Part shown: one piece after another, positions 34,141-46,663 of the stretch
Layout: each line of letters opens with the position of its first letter
How positions within the stretch are numbered: position 1 is the first letter of the stretch
NCBI GenBank assembly: GCA_037379345.1
Contig: CM074516.1
Span: forward strand, 45,731,626 to 45,795,625
Source of the DNA: Perna viridis
Lineage: Eukaryota
DNA length: 64,000 nt
Direction of reading: 5' to 3'
Position numbers and translations under genes: made by a program
The notes under the pieces: model-generated
The model's input: only the letters and a program-made list of their open reading frames with translations
Told to the model about the DNA's origin: nothing
Databases searched by the model: none

Positions 34141-35559
34141 TTTATTTTTTTTCTACAATACACGGGAAAAGTCATTGAAGAGTTACATTGGCTTAGAATT
34201 TCAACTGAAACATGTCTAATGCTTCTATGTAGGTGACGCCTATAGAACATCCAGTTTAAAATGCCTTTAATTATATTGTGGTTTATGATCACACTTAAGT
34301 CTTACAAAAGTACATGTTTAGATTTTTTTACTTGTCTGTGTTTACCCTTTTCGTTAATACCTTCCATTAGTTATTAATGAAAGTTTTAAAGATAGAAAAT
34401 AGTAAATATGATCACATTGCGTTAAGCCTTTGATCCCTGGAAAATTGGAAATTCAAATTTTCACTCTCAGTGCGAATTGTTTAAAATTGACAATTTCATT
34501 AGAAAGTAATTTTGTAGTTGTGAATATTATTCTCATTTGGGTCATACTAAAAAAGAGAGTGTACTTTTCTGTTATTTTCGTATAAAAACTCGGCGCCAAT
34601 TTAATTCGTTGTAAGTAACATTTTTTGTGTAAATAAATATTTAATTCCTTTTCTTCAAAATAATTGATAATTTGATTGGTGAAACTGATTTATACCTACT
34701 TAAAGCATTCTTTGGCATTTTTATTATTTTTCCAAAATGGTAAATTTCTTTTTTGTCCTTTTAAGATTTCTTTGCCATGAAACTGCAAATATTTTGCATA
34801 TATCTTCTGGAAAGAGTAAGAAATTTTTGAAATTGCTACCTAGACCTGTCCCACATTTTCATGCCTGTGCTGTTGCCACATATTACTTCTATGAATAAAA
34901 GTCATCTTTCCTGTCATAACTATATTGATAATGGTTTCTCTCAATGCTCTATAAAAAAATGCCTAGAATTGACATAACAAAAAACAAAAAAGCACAAGCT
35001 AAGGCTCAGGGGACTAAAGCAATTTCAAAATGTTCAAACCATTTGTTGTGTCCATAATGAACTGTAAGTCCACATGCTCAAGTGTGTCAAAAATTAATCA
35101 TGCCCACATTGTTCAATGTTCGCCATTATCATACCTATCATGTGTCTTTCCTTCACGATATCAAATTTTCATCGCGTTCATTCTGCCCTAAGAATTGTTA
35201 CGGAGCTTTAAAATTTACTATCGAAAGTAAAATTTCGATCACGAAACGTCAACTTAAATTTGAAATACCTTCAAACCAGGGTACACCGTGCTTTCTGATG
35301 TCGAGTAAAACTGCAGAATACAGAATACTAAGAAATAGTGATTTTGGGCATTCTTTCAGTCTGTTGATCTCTCCTCCATGAAATTAAGTGTTTCTCTAGC
35401 TAATTATCAGAAAATTTCTTAAGTATAGTATGTCAAAAGATGTTTTGACCCATAACTTCACACAAAATAGATTTTGATTACCTGCTAATCGACCAGTATT
35501 TCGCAATTGTTGTATCTGTTTAACTGATTATCTCATTCTAATAAAGAGGCTGACAACAA

Positions 35560-35807
35560 TCATCAGCAGTCAGCTAACAGGTAGTTGCAGAGTGATGGGG
35601 TCCTCCGATGTGAACCAAGAATTAAAAAAAAAACTTTTAATGGATGGATTTTTATGAATGATTCTCGTTTCTATGTGATTTCGTGATGGGAGAATTCTCA
35701 TTTTACCTGTGTTGTTATCGAACATTATTGACATAAGATTTAAACGGTTCAATCAGAATATTTGGCGCATATTTCGTATTTTATACCAGAAAAGACCGCG
35801 TGGTCGG
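35560..35807 (+). promoter_or_regulatory. CpG-enriched putative promoter / non-coding first exon ending at a strong donor (CGG|GTAAGT)
   Basis: Local CpG enrichment in a CpG-poor window; consensus donor at 35808; the 5' boundary is a guess. Confidence 0.3.
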
Positions 35808-36014
35808 GTAAGTTTATACGTCAAGCTTTTTAGGCCCGAAAACTGTTATTTCGGCTGGATGGTATTTTGGTAAGTAAAAATGACTTTAGAACATCTTCAT
35901 TCAGTTTCAATTTTTACCAGTCACTGTTACACAAGGTTCGGTATGAAGAACGTTCAACAAAAATTGCAAATTGAATTCAACTGCTACGGGATAAACGGAT
36001 CTGACTTTTATCAA

Positions 36015-36195
36015 CAGGCGGGGATTCATAGGGGCGGATCACTCCCCCTACAATTAGCAAGTCTTTTTTGTTCGCATGAAATCTTGATATTCCCAAAATT
36101 TTAGTCCTCCATTTTCTTGCCTCGCTTCACTTGACCTTTACTTTAATTCTATTTAAGCCCCTTCCCTCCCCCATGAAATCCTGGATTTGCTCCTG
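36015..36195. mobile_element. ~180-bp MITE (CAGGCG...CCTG family)
   Basis: Ends and internal blocks similar to 45554-45733; TSD not preserved. Confidence 0.55.
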
Positions 36196-38214
36196 CTAAA
36201 ATAATGAATTGAAAATTAATATATTTTAAAAATTTCATCTTATCAAATAGGACAACATTTTTACATTTAAATGAGTTAATTAATGTACAAAGTGTATTTG
36301 ATCACGAGGCTTTGCAGATATTTCTCCTAATTTTAAATCAACCAAGTTTTCACATAGTTGAAGCTCATAAATCAGCATTTGATCGGAAGAAATTAACCCG
36401 TATTTAATGTAAGGATTTCTATATACATTCTCCTTATGTACATGTAGTAACCAAATGCAAAATTCTACATACCAGAATTTGCTATTCTAGTTATAGATAC
36501 GGTAAAGGTGTAGTGTCAATCTAATTAAAATTTAATTACGCTACCCTACATAAAAGACTTCACAAATGTCAGATCGTGTATTTTAATCAGATTAAGTGGC
36601 GGGTCCAGAAATTAACAAAAGGTGGGGAGAGGGTCCATTAAAGAAAAGATAAAACTAAATGTCCGGGATATACATGTAGTTTGATTATTTTTTGCCAGAA
36701 TTTTGCACAAAGTCAATATTTTAAACAAAAGGGGTCCAACTCCCGAAACCGCGCTGAATTCTGTCCTAGGTTGCACCAGGTTACATAGATATACTACAAT
36801 GTACAAAGTTAACATATGAATACACACGGTGAACTTCAATTATAGAGAACTAACTAGGCTAAAAACCACTAATTCCACTTCCCATAGGCTTCTATGCTAA
36901 TTTCACAATATTCAATGGCTTCTCTGGACTTTACCTTAACTTTAACCTGCAGAGGACTATATATCAGCATGATTCTACATATGTCAGCTCACAATCCTCA
37001 GAATGGCATGTGGGGTTAGCAGACTTGCAGTGCAGTACTGGTCACCGGAAGTGAAGTGTCTATAAATAGCATGGGAAATCCCAGTGTTTTCACAAGATAG
37101 GGGTATATTTAGAAATCATTATGGAGATTAGGCTTCACATCACAAGAAGCAAAATGCACCTATAAAATGTACAGAAATGTTTTTCCTTTCAGAAACTGTT
37201 TAAATTTTTTAAATGAGATGAGAACTTTTTTCATAGCACTATGAGGAACAGGGGTAATTCCTGCGTAGGACTATTTTTGCGTACGTTCCAAATGCTCATT
37301 GGTTGAATTGGTGGTCTGTAACCTAACTAACTAAGGGGGTTTTTAACGTCCTTGACTACCCTGTCGGGTCTCGCACGGACGGTTTTATACAGAACCTATT
37401 TTGTGGTCTATTTATAGTTATAGTCAGGCGGAGAGCCGGGTGGAAATAGTGCTCATTAATAATAATAAAAAAAACTCCCAAAAATCACTTTCACCATTTA
37501 AAGTAAAGTTTACACACTCCAGTGCCATGTCAGTATATATGCAATGTATATATTTATTCAAATCCAAATCGAATCAAACACAACCAGGAAACAATAACAA
37601 ATTCCAAAGGTAGATCATACCTTATAATTTTAGTGGATATAGATTTCTCTCAAAGACACACTGTAATTTTTTTTTTTGATTTATATAGGTCACCAAACTT
37701 AACTTCGAGATAATTGAGCCTAAATATATAATTTTTACAACATTTTATAAATACTCGAAAGGGAAAATAATTTCGCTTACTTTTACAAAAAGGGTAGATA
37801 AAATTTCTTTAAATTGCGAATAAAGACATAATTTCAAATTTCAAAAAGAATTTGTTTTTTTTCTTGAAATATTAAAAAAAAAAGCTAAAATTCCCTTTCA
37901 TTTCCAACTAATTATCTACCCCCAGACCTTCACCATACATAGGTTTACGCCAAACAATCTTTTTGAATTATTTAGACATTTTTTTGTGTCTTTTGAAACA
38001 CTTATTGCTCATTATAACTAAATGTAAATGCAAGAAGGCAGGAAAGAATGCTCTGTGAAATAGGTTTGATCACTGGGTTTGTTCTACCTTAAGAGCAAAT
38101 ATGCCGGAAGAGAGGATCTTTTTTTTGTTAAGTTATTGTATTGTTCAATGTAATTAATATAGCGTCCATCAAAATAAAAGGTGCTTTAGCAGCATTCCTT
38201 AATATGTATTGCCA

Positions 38215-38390
38215 ATGACAATCCATGGCATGTCGGTCAAGTTATCGGCTGTTTCGACTGTTTCTTTCCCCGGTACTAACGTCTCCCATCAACCAACGCT
38301 GGTGCGCTTTGAGTCTATGCCTGAGCAGCAAATAGGGAATGGTGCACAGCGGAAAAAATCGTCATTTAAAATTCCACTTAGAAGTACACG
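38215..38390 (+). CDS. Possible first coding exon of an unidentified gene (MTIHGMSVKLSAVSTVSFPG...RKKSSFKIPLRSTR)
   Basis: GC/CpG-richer open frame, acceptor tatAG at 38161-38162, donor CG|GTATGC at 38391; no homology recognised. Confidence 0.35.
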
Positions 38391-41297
38391 GTATGCTTCT
38401 TGGAACTATCAAAGTTTTCTGTGCAAATGATCCCACGATATCCACCTAGGTGCAAGGACAGTTTTACCCCATTATCTTTTATCTGTTTTTTTTAACTGAC
38501 GTTTCGGTTGGCAGAATTTTACATTTAGATCTAAATAATATATGTTTATTTAAGTGCATGTATAATCAACTTTCATGTCTGAATCCAGACATTTTTTTAA
38601 AAAAACAGGCGCGTGAATACGTTTATGTCAAAACGCCCGGGCGTACACATCAACAACAAAAAAATCATTAAGAGTTGTTGCACATTCACCGGGAAGTTCT
38701 TATAAATGTAGAAAAAGTAATTGACAGTTTTGCATCACGTGAAAAGAGGATGATGGCCCTCATTTATTAGACTGACTAGAACTGTAAACTCTTCTGAAAC
38801 TAGTAAATAGGTTGATTGATATCTACATGATGTGTTTTTTCTTCATTTGCATGTTTTGATACCAATAGTTGATACTTGTAGTTGATCTATATAATACACA
38901 AATTTAAACATTTCGACTCATCTTGTTACTACAAGCAAATAACTTATAATGAAAAGATACCGGGAAAATGACACAATGTAGAAACAATAAGACAATAATC
39001 CATCAGGCAAACATTCAAAAACATCAAAATGTAAAATTTCAAATTCCTATTATTATTTTTATATAAAGATCTTAACTGCGATGAGTCCTTGCTTTTGGGG
39101 GTATTTTTTTCAATTTCAAACATCCACATTTCCTTAATCCCAGGAGCTTCAGACCCCTTGTCGTAAAATAGGCCTACACATTAATTAACTCTAGCAACGT
39201 CACTGAAAAAGAGGAGATTTTCCAGGTTATTATTTGCTCATTTGTGTCCTTATTCTGCACGGATCAACACGATTTTCCATCAGATGGGCAATGGATTCCA
39301 AACCGCAGAATTTCCTTTGTATCAGCCATTGAACTGTGTACAGTCAGTTGGAACTTTATACATAAACATACATGTAAATAAATAAATATTCATGATAATA
39401 AACATAAGCTCTATTGAGCTTTTGACAAACATGGATTATATGTACTTTGTTAATCATTATATCAGTCCCCAGCAATAAATGAACCTAGTTATTTAGTTGT
39501 GCAATTTTCTTTATTTAGATGTTGATACGAAACCAAAATGACAGCTCTTTTTCAGAGCTTTTTAAGTACCTTGCCGGGCTCAGACTACTTTTGGTTTGAC
39601 TGATTCTGGTTACAGCTCTAGAAAGAAGGGGAATATTTTTCTTTTCTGACATGTCTACACTATTATTTTGAAAGCTTTGACATTTCATCCAGAAAACTCT
39701 AGCTAAAACAGATACTTTGTACTTTAATGGTGCTTTCCCTTTGTAGTACATGAAAAACTTAGTCATGTTAGGTCAATGAGAATAGTGATGTATTAAACAT
39801 TAAATGTACATGTATTGAACTTTTTGTTAGATCTATAATATTAACAGACTGTTGGAATATGAACAGAAAGTTTAAATTGAATTAAAAACAATGATGCAAA
39901 ACTAATACAGACATCTAGAAACTTTCACAGAAAAAAAACAAATATGTCACTGAACCTCCTTCACTTCTTCCCATGTAACCAAAATTCACTCAGGATTAAC
40001 CATAGTGAAGCTTTAGGTGGTACTAACCTGAGTTCATCCAACTTCAGCTTTAGGTTACAATAACATTATTATGCATGGTCTATTTGAAGAACATTTATTT
40101 CAAGAAAAACTATGAGAGATAGAAAAAAGTAAAGGTAACTTTCATTTTTGGCTTTATGAGGTCTACTGGTCTTCATTGAGTGGAAGGTGTAGGGTGACTC
40201 CTTATTAGAGTTATTGACCTTAAATGGTGAAAAATGACTTTTTTCAGTTTTAGACTTAATCTTGAAAACCCTTAACAGATAGAAATACATGTAATCATTC
40301 AATGGTTGAAATTATTCTTATGATAATGCCAACAAAATTTTCAAATGATGTTTGGTTAAGCCCCTGTAAATAAAAAATTATGTGACTTTTGTATCTATAG
40401 CAAAGACTTTGCTAATTTTTCCTGCTATTTGACCTCAAGTTTGAAAACTGTCCACTTTCTTTGTCACTTCAAACACAAAGATTATGTTGTTGTGGCAGAT
40501 ATCTTAAGGCTATAAATAGATAAACTGTATGAATCTAACATCTAACAATGGAAATATGCCCACAGTCATCATAGGTTTACAGTTCTCTGAGTATGATTTT
40601 CTTTACAATTTACTTTCCATGCAGTAAAATGCATTTAAAACTCCATTAATAACATATTCACATGCAGTTGTATTCCCTTGTGTTTATATAAAGACATTGT
40701 AAGCCAGAGTTAGGTAAGCATCTGCATTGGAGATAGATAATTCTCCACCATCTGTTTTTTATGAAACTTTGCAGCAAATTTTGACTTATATTATTTTTAT
40801 CACCTGCAGCTTCCAACAACAGACTCATCAAGTTTTGTTTTGACATATGCACTGTTAATGGTGCAGTAAATTAATACAATGCAATGTTATGAAATCAAAG
40901 TAACTCTTCTTTAAGTCACAGTTCATATAACTATAGCCAAGTATAATTTGAATAACACAAACATACTTATGATCCGAAAGTCATAGATTTTTCTATAGTT
41001 TTGTTTATATTTACCATTTTATGGAATTTAGTTGGTTATTTACTTGAGATTGCTTTGCTCTGCAAATTTTGGGTTTATTTGATTGAAAGGCAGTACTTAT
41101 TGCAGTAAAATGGCCAAGTGTTCCATGGATGATGTAAATATATAAACCATTTTTCTACATACTGTTTAGCAGTTCTTCGCTGAATATTTATATTCTATTT
41201 ATTGGTTTCTAGTGAGAGCATGTATAGTAGAGTGACTATGAATCTACTGCACATAGAATTAAAAAAAAAATTAGTTAGACATTACTTTTCTTAAGGA

Positions 41298-41378
41298 TTA
41301 GATAGATGGATGGATGGATAGATAGGTAGATAGATAGGTGGATGGATGGATAGATGGATAGATAGATAGATAGATAGA
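41298..41378 (+). repeat. Compound (GATA/GATG/GGTA)n microsatellite
   Basis: Tetranucleotide run. Confidence 0.95.
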
Positions 41379-42089
41379 ATATCAACATACATATGTACTA
41401 CAAAATATATGTATTACATTCAAACATTATAAATATTTTCACATCACAATATAAATATATTCATACATTACTGAGTTCACATTTGTATTGATACTTAAAA
41501 TATTAACTAGCCAAAAATGTATATAGGCCAAATGTTAAAATTCAAAGTTTTTAACCATAAAATTATGTAACTAATAATACTGGTACAGACACAGTGAATG
41601 TAACTTTTTTTTGTTCCATCTGTAAATTGTCATTCATCTAGATGTAATACTATTTATTACAATGCCATCAATACAAATGTACCACAGGAATTAAAAAAAA
41701 GTAAAAAAAATACTAATAATTTCAAAACTGGCATCAAAAAGTATCTTTTTTGATCAAATGATGGAAATTTTTTTTAGTAACTTCATTATGTAAATTTATA
41801 ATTAAAGTTTCTATATTTACCTTAAAGCCTGTCTAAATCATGTGTCAGTCACATTGTTCGTTTTTATTTTTTAGGCTTAAGTGCTATAAAGGACCCCATT
41901 GGAAATAAGCCATAAAGGTTTTATAGGCCATCCTAGGTTAAATATCAACCTTTTTTACAAAGTCAATAATTTTAATAAATCTTATTATTTTGTTTTGTAT
42001 AACTTATCGTTCTTTCTTAAGGGTTTTATTTACACTACTATACCAGGAAGAACAAGCATAGTCAAAATGACTTTGTATAAGAGCCATAG

Positions 42090-42890
42090 TTAAAGTTTTT
42101 CTGACATTTTTTGACAAGCATTTGCATTTCTATAAAGAAATTTCAATCTAGCATATGCTTTTGTATTATACTTTTGACTATAATGTCCAGGCGGGTAGCT
42201 GCCGTTAGGCAAAAAAGCTTTTGCCTGCACTTAATTTTGCCATTTTTTTTTTTTTTTTTTTTTGGATAAAATACATCCAGGAGAGGCATAAATGATGCTC
42301 TAAAATGCCCCTGGACCCCCTGCCGTAATTTTGCCTACACTTCAATTTGGCCTCGGCTACATGCCTGATGTCACAAGAGAGAAATTGATCAACATTAATG
42401 CCCAGGTGTTTAACACTATTTTGAGCTATAATTGTGTGTTCATTACAACTTGACTAAACTCCTTTATTTCGTGAAGTTTTCTTTTAGAACCAAGCAATAT
42501 ACACTCTGTTTTACCAAGATGGAGTGACAGTTTATTGGCAACTAACCATTCACTACATGATTTTAATTCTTTTCCTAATTTATCAGATATTATATCGGTA
42601 TTTCTGTGCAAAAAAGTATTGCACTATCATCTGCATAGAGAAGCAGCTGGACCACACACGGGTTGACATGTCTTTCATGTAGCACAAGAAAAGCAGAGGT
42701 CTGAGAATACTGCCCTAGGGGACACCACATTTAATTTTTAGAAAATCAGACTATGCTGTTGGTACCGACTATCTGTTGTCGATCTGTAAGGTATGATTCA
42801 AACCACTTAGTGGATGAAACTCCCATAGTCTGCAACTTGTAACACAGAATCTGATGATCCATGGTTTCAAATGCTTTGTTAAAATATAAA
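42090..42890 (-). mobile_element. Decayed LINE (L2/Crack/CR1 group) reverse-transcriptase fragment interrupted by a MITE
   Basis: KAFETMDHQIL, KWFESYLTDRQQ, CGVP*GSIL.PLLF, LLYADDSA, WLVANKLSLHLGKTECIL, VKHLGI; continues as RLKFLYR beyond the MITE. Confidence 0.88.
42188..42367. mobile_element. 180-bp MITE, 5-bp TSD ATGTC
   Basis: TIRs CAGGCGGGTAGC / GCTACATGCCTG; ATGTC on both sides. Confidence 0.8.
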
Positions 42891-45553
42891 GATATGAAAT
42901 AAAAAAGTCTCTAAAGTATCACTGTAAAACACCTGAGAGAAAAAAAAACATACAACATTCTAATAAACTTATTCATTTTGTTTTTTACTTTCTGTTATTC
43001 TGTATCTTCCTACCAAGAATTACTCTATGAACAAGATGTTAGATGAAATAAAATTTGTCTATTTGCAATTAAATGTTTGAAAAGGATGTTTTTTTAGATT
43101 AGAGTTACTTCCCTTTGCCCTTGTTGCTAATCTTACCTCATTACTGTAATAACTTCTACAGCTTTGATGGATCAAGACAGTCAATTACAGGTCAATTTTC
43201 TCCAGTCAATTTGTATAGGTTGTCAGTTTTGGTCATTCAAAGTCAAGAAATCTCATTCAGTAATTGATGGGGCATAATAAGCTTGTCAATTATAGCTCTG
43301 ATATCTTGACATTTCATTTAGTAAAGAAGGAGTTCCTTCAGTTTTTCAACTGCTCATTGGTATTAAGAAAAGGAATACTCAAATGTATTTACAGCATTGG
43401 ATACTGATAGGTAATATTTCTGTATATGTGATGAATATGACACTGATATAAAGTTGCTGTACTTAACATCTACACTAATGCATGCCTTTCCCGAGTTACT
43501 GTACACTCATCATACATGTATATAGAATATATGCTTTGAACTGGTTTTCATGTAGGGATGCATTGTTGCCATAGCAAGTAAAGAATTTAATACAGAACTA
43601 GCAACCAATTGATGGGTGATCAAACATGAAATGATCCTTTTCAATTTTAGATGTTGAAAGAACAGAAACTCTGCATCAAAAACACTGGCACAAGTGTAGA
43701 AAGAGTAAGACTTTTAAGGTTTGTCATTAGCTTACTTAGGTGAAAAATGTACTATATCTAAAATCACTTTACACACAACTTTAAAAAAAAAAAATTTTTA
43801 AAAGATTGGGCCAGCCTTCATACTTAGATTAGTTAAGTGTCCATTTTAACCAGGGAAGAATTTGTACTTTTGTAGATGGTATTTTAACTATGTATCAATA
43901 TTTACTAATTTTATGGTCAGAAAGTTAAATGACAATTTACTAAGTAATTTCTTTGGCCAATAACAATTAAATAAATGTGACAGAATTAACACTTTGGGAA
44001 GACTTCATTGGACATAAATGTATCTAGTGATTAATTATTGTATAGATCTATAATACAATAACGAAGTACTTAGCCCTCTGGTCAGGGAAAGTGTTCATTC
44101 TTCACTGAACATTTCCAATTAGAACCTTAATATAGCTTGTGTAATAGATGTTGAAGGATGTGGCACTCTATAGATTTATGTTGTCTCTAGGGTGTGAAAT
44201 TTTACCCAATTTAAGATGAAATGATTGTTATTTGTTTGTATTATTATTGCCTTGAACATTTGTCCAAAAATGATTTCACATTAATCACTGAACTGTCAAT
44301 CATATACTAATGCCTATTGGGTTTGCCTAATAAAATTGTAACTCAATAAAAGTCTTCATTTTCACCCTTTTTTCTTAGTATTTGTATGGAAGATAAATAC
44401 AATCATCACCTTCATCTGTCTGTTTTTACCATATAAAAGGATCATCTATTGACTTGGTTGAAGGTAAGGAAATTTCTTTTCATATATTTGTTAATATTGT
44501 AGGCTAATTTCTAAGTCTGATAGATTTTTGATACACTTTTTTGGTTGAATGTTCATTATGTGTAGGGAACAATGAAGAGGATGGTTAACCATTCAGTAGA
44601 TGTTCACAGATTTTTACAATCCATTATGAATGAAAATCATTTATCATAATTGTGTATTGATGTCTTTATTACTATATTGGGGCAAATATCTGTAGAAACT
44701 ATAGATAAAGGTTAGTTTATCTGTTTGACCTTGAAGTTAAGAAAACAATTACATAACTACATGTTGTTTGTTATGATATATTTTATAATTATTTTTTTAT
44801 ATTAGTAGGCTAAGTTAAAGTAGATATAAAGATTCTCTTTCAGTTATGAGTGGTTTAAGTTATTTTTCAACTTGAGATGGTAAAATAAAAATTTTTGACA
44901 AGTGAGCTTTGTCACAGAGCTTTACTGAGCATGTCGAAATCTTAATTTTACCTTAGAGAGTGGAGAAATAATTTAAATCAAGCAAAAGTTGAAAGCAAAT
45001 CAGCTCCATGAAATCTTTAGAAACCTTGGAAAATGTGAAAGAAATTTAAAATTCCCCACCCCCACTCCCCGGGTAAACTTTTATTCACTGGCATAGAATT
45101 GAAGAATGATGGCAACCCTATTATTGCACAGATAAGCTTTAATTACTGGTGGTTATGGAGAAGGAATAAACTACATGTTATATAACGTTGATGTTGAACT
45201 AACTATTGCTATTTTTGTTGTTGGAAAAAAAGCTGTAAGAGTATTAATACATGTAATACTTCATTTATTCATTAATACATGAAATTAATTTCCAAAAACA
45301 TATTGTCACGTCATGAATTATCAAAAAATGTATGTCCAATATTTGGTGTTTACTTCAGGTTGGATATTGCAGCACTTTGATTTTTTAAATGAATTTAAAT
45401 ATGAATGCAATATGAGCCCTGTGCTATAATTTGTGAATTATAAAGAGCTGTGCATAGAAAGCACTGTGATATTTTAAATTTTGTATATTATACCTGATAC
45501 TTATAAGCATAATAAGTAGCTTAAATTTTTTCTTGAACACAAATAAGTCCTTT

Positions 45554-45733
45554 CAGGCGCGATCCAAGGATAGACATGGCAGAATACCCCTCCCCCCTAT
45601 AATTGGGATTATTTTATTTTCATATGAAATTATTATTTTTTGTGTATTCTACCTTCCAAAATGTTCTTGACTTGGTTTGCTTGGTCTTTAATTCTATTTA
45701 CACCCCCTTTACCTGAAATTTGGATCTGCCCTG
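45554..45733. mobile_element. 180-bp MITE, 5-bp TSD CCTTT
   Basis: CAGGCGCGATCCAA ... TTGGATCTGCCCTG; CCTTT on both sides. Confidence 0.75.
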
Positions 45734-46453
45734 CCTTTGATTGTAATACAGACTTAATTCTGCAGCCTCTACTAATATTTTCTTACTAAGTTATGTGATA
45801 TCAACTCCTGGAATTTACTGCATGTTAATTATCCTGACCACAGTTAAACTATTGATTAAAATATTGTCCAGCCCTATATAAATAACTAAGTGTAGAATGA
45901 AGATGTGTTATTTGGTAAGACTATGATTGGTCAGTAATTAGTATATCAGAGATCAGATTATAATCCTGAGCTTTTGTCTTCTCATTGAATGAGGTCAATG
46001 TATCAGTCGTAATGGATCTTACTTATGTGTTAAAGAGATATAAGACTATATATATCTTGTTTTAAATGAAGTTTTATGGTAATTCATGGTTATATTAGAA
46101 CAGTGAGTATGCCAATTTAGTTTCAGTGTCTTAATGAATATATTTTAAGAAATCTGATGTAGTTAACAGGTGAATTAGTTGATAAGACCTGTATAATGGT
46201 GTAGGATAAACTACATAGTACTATATAGGTTTTAATTTAAAGCATTGTAACTAAACAAATGCAGTAGAAGTTTATTAAAAGTGGTGTTGGGTCACAAAAA
46301 AAGTTATAAGAATTTCCAATTTAGTTGCAAAATTTTTTAAATGTCAACACATGTTGCAGTGTTTTTAAAAAAAAACAACCATGCATTTGACTATTAGCTG
46401 TATCCTATAATTGTGAACTAATTACCATTAAATATACTTTTGGTTGAACAAAA

Positions 46454-46663
46454 TACTGTGAAAGTACTTTAATTCATGAATACCAATTTTCGTGGATTTG
46501 GGAAGAAAAAAAAGTTCATGGGTTCTTGAATTTGTGGTTTTGAGGTTTTCAGTTTACACATCAGTGGGATTCTCCTTTTCATTTGGAATCAAATTTCATG
46601 TTTCCGCCTACCCACATAAACCACGAAAATTAGTACCCCATGAAGAATAGTACTTTCACAGTA
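46454..46663. mobile_element. MITE with TACTGTGAAAGTACT TIRs (Tc1/mariner-like)
   Basis: 15-bp perfect TIR including the terminal TA; homologous to 8576-8767. Confidence 0.8.
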
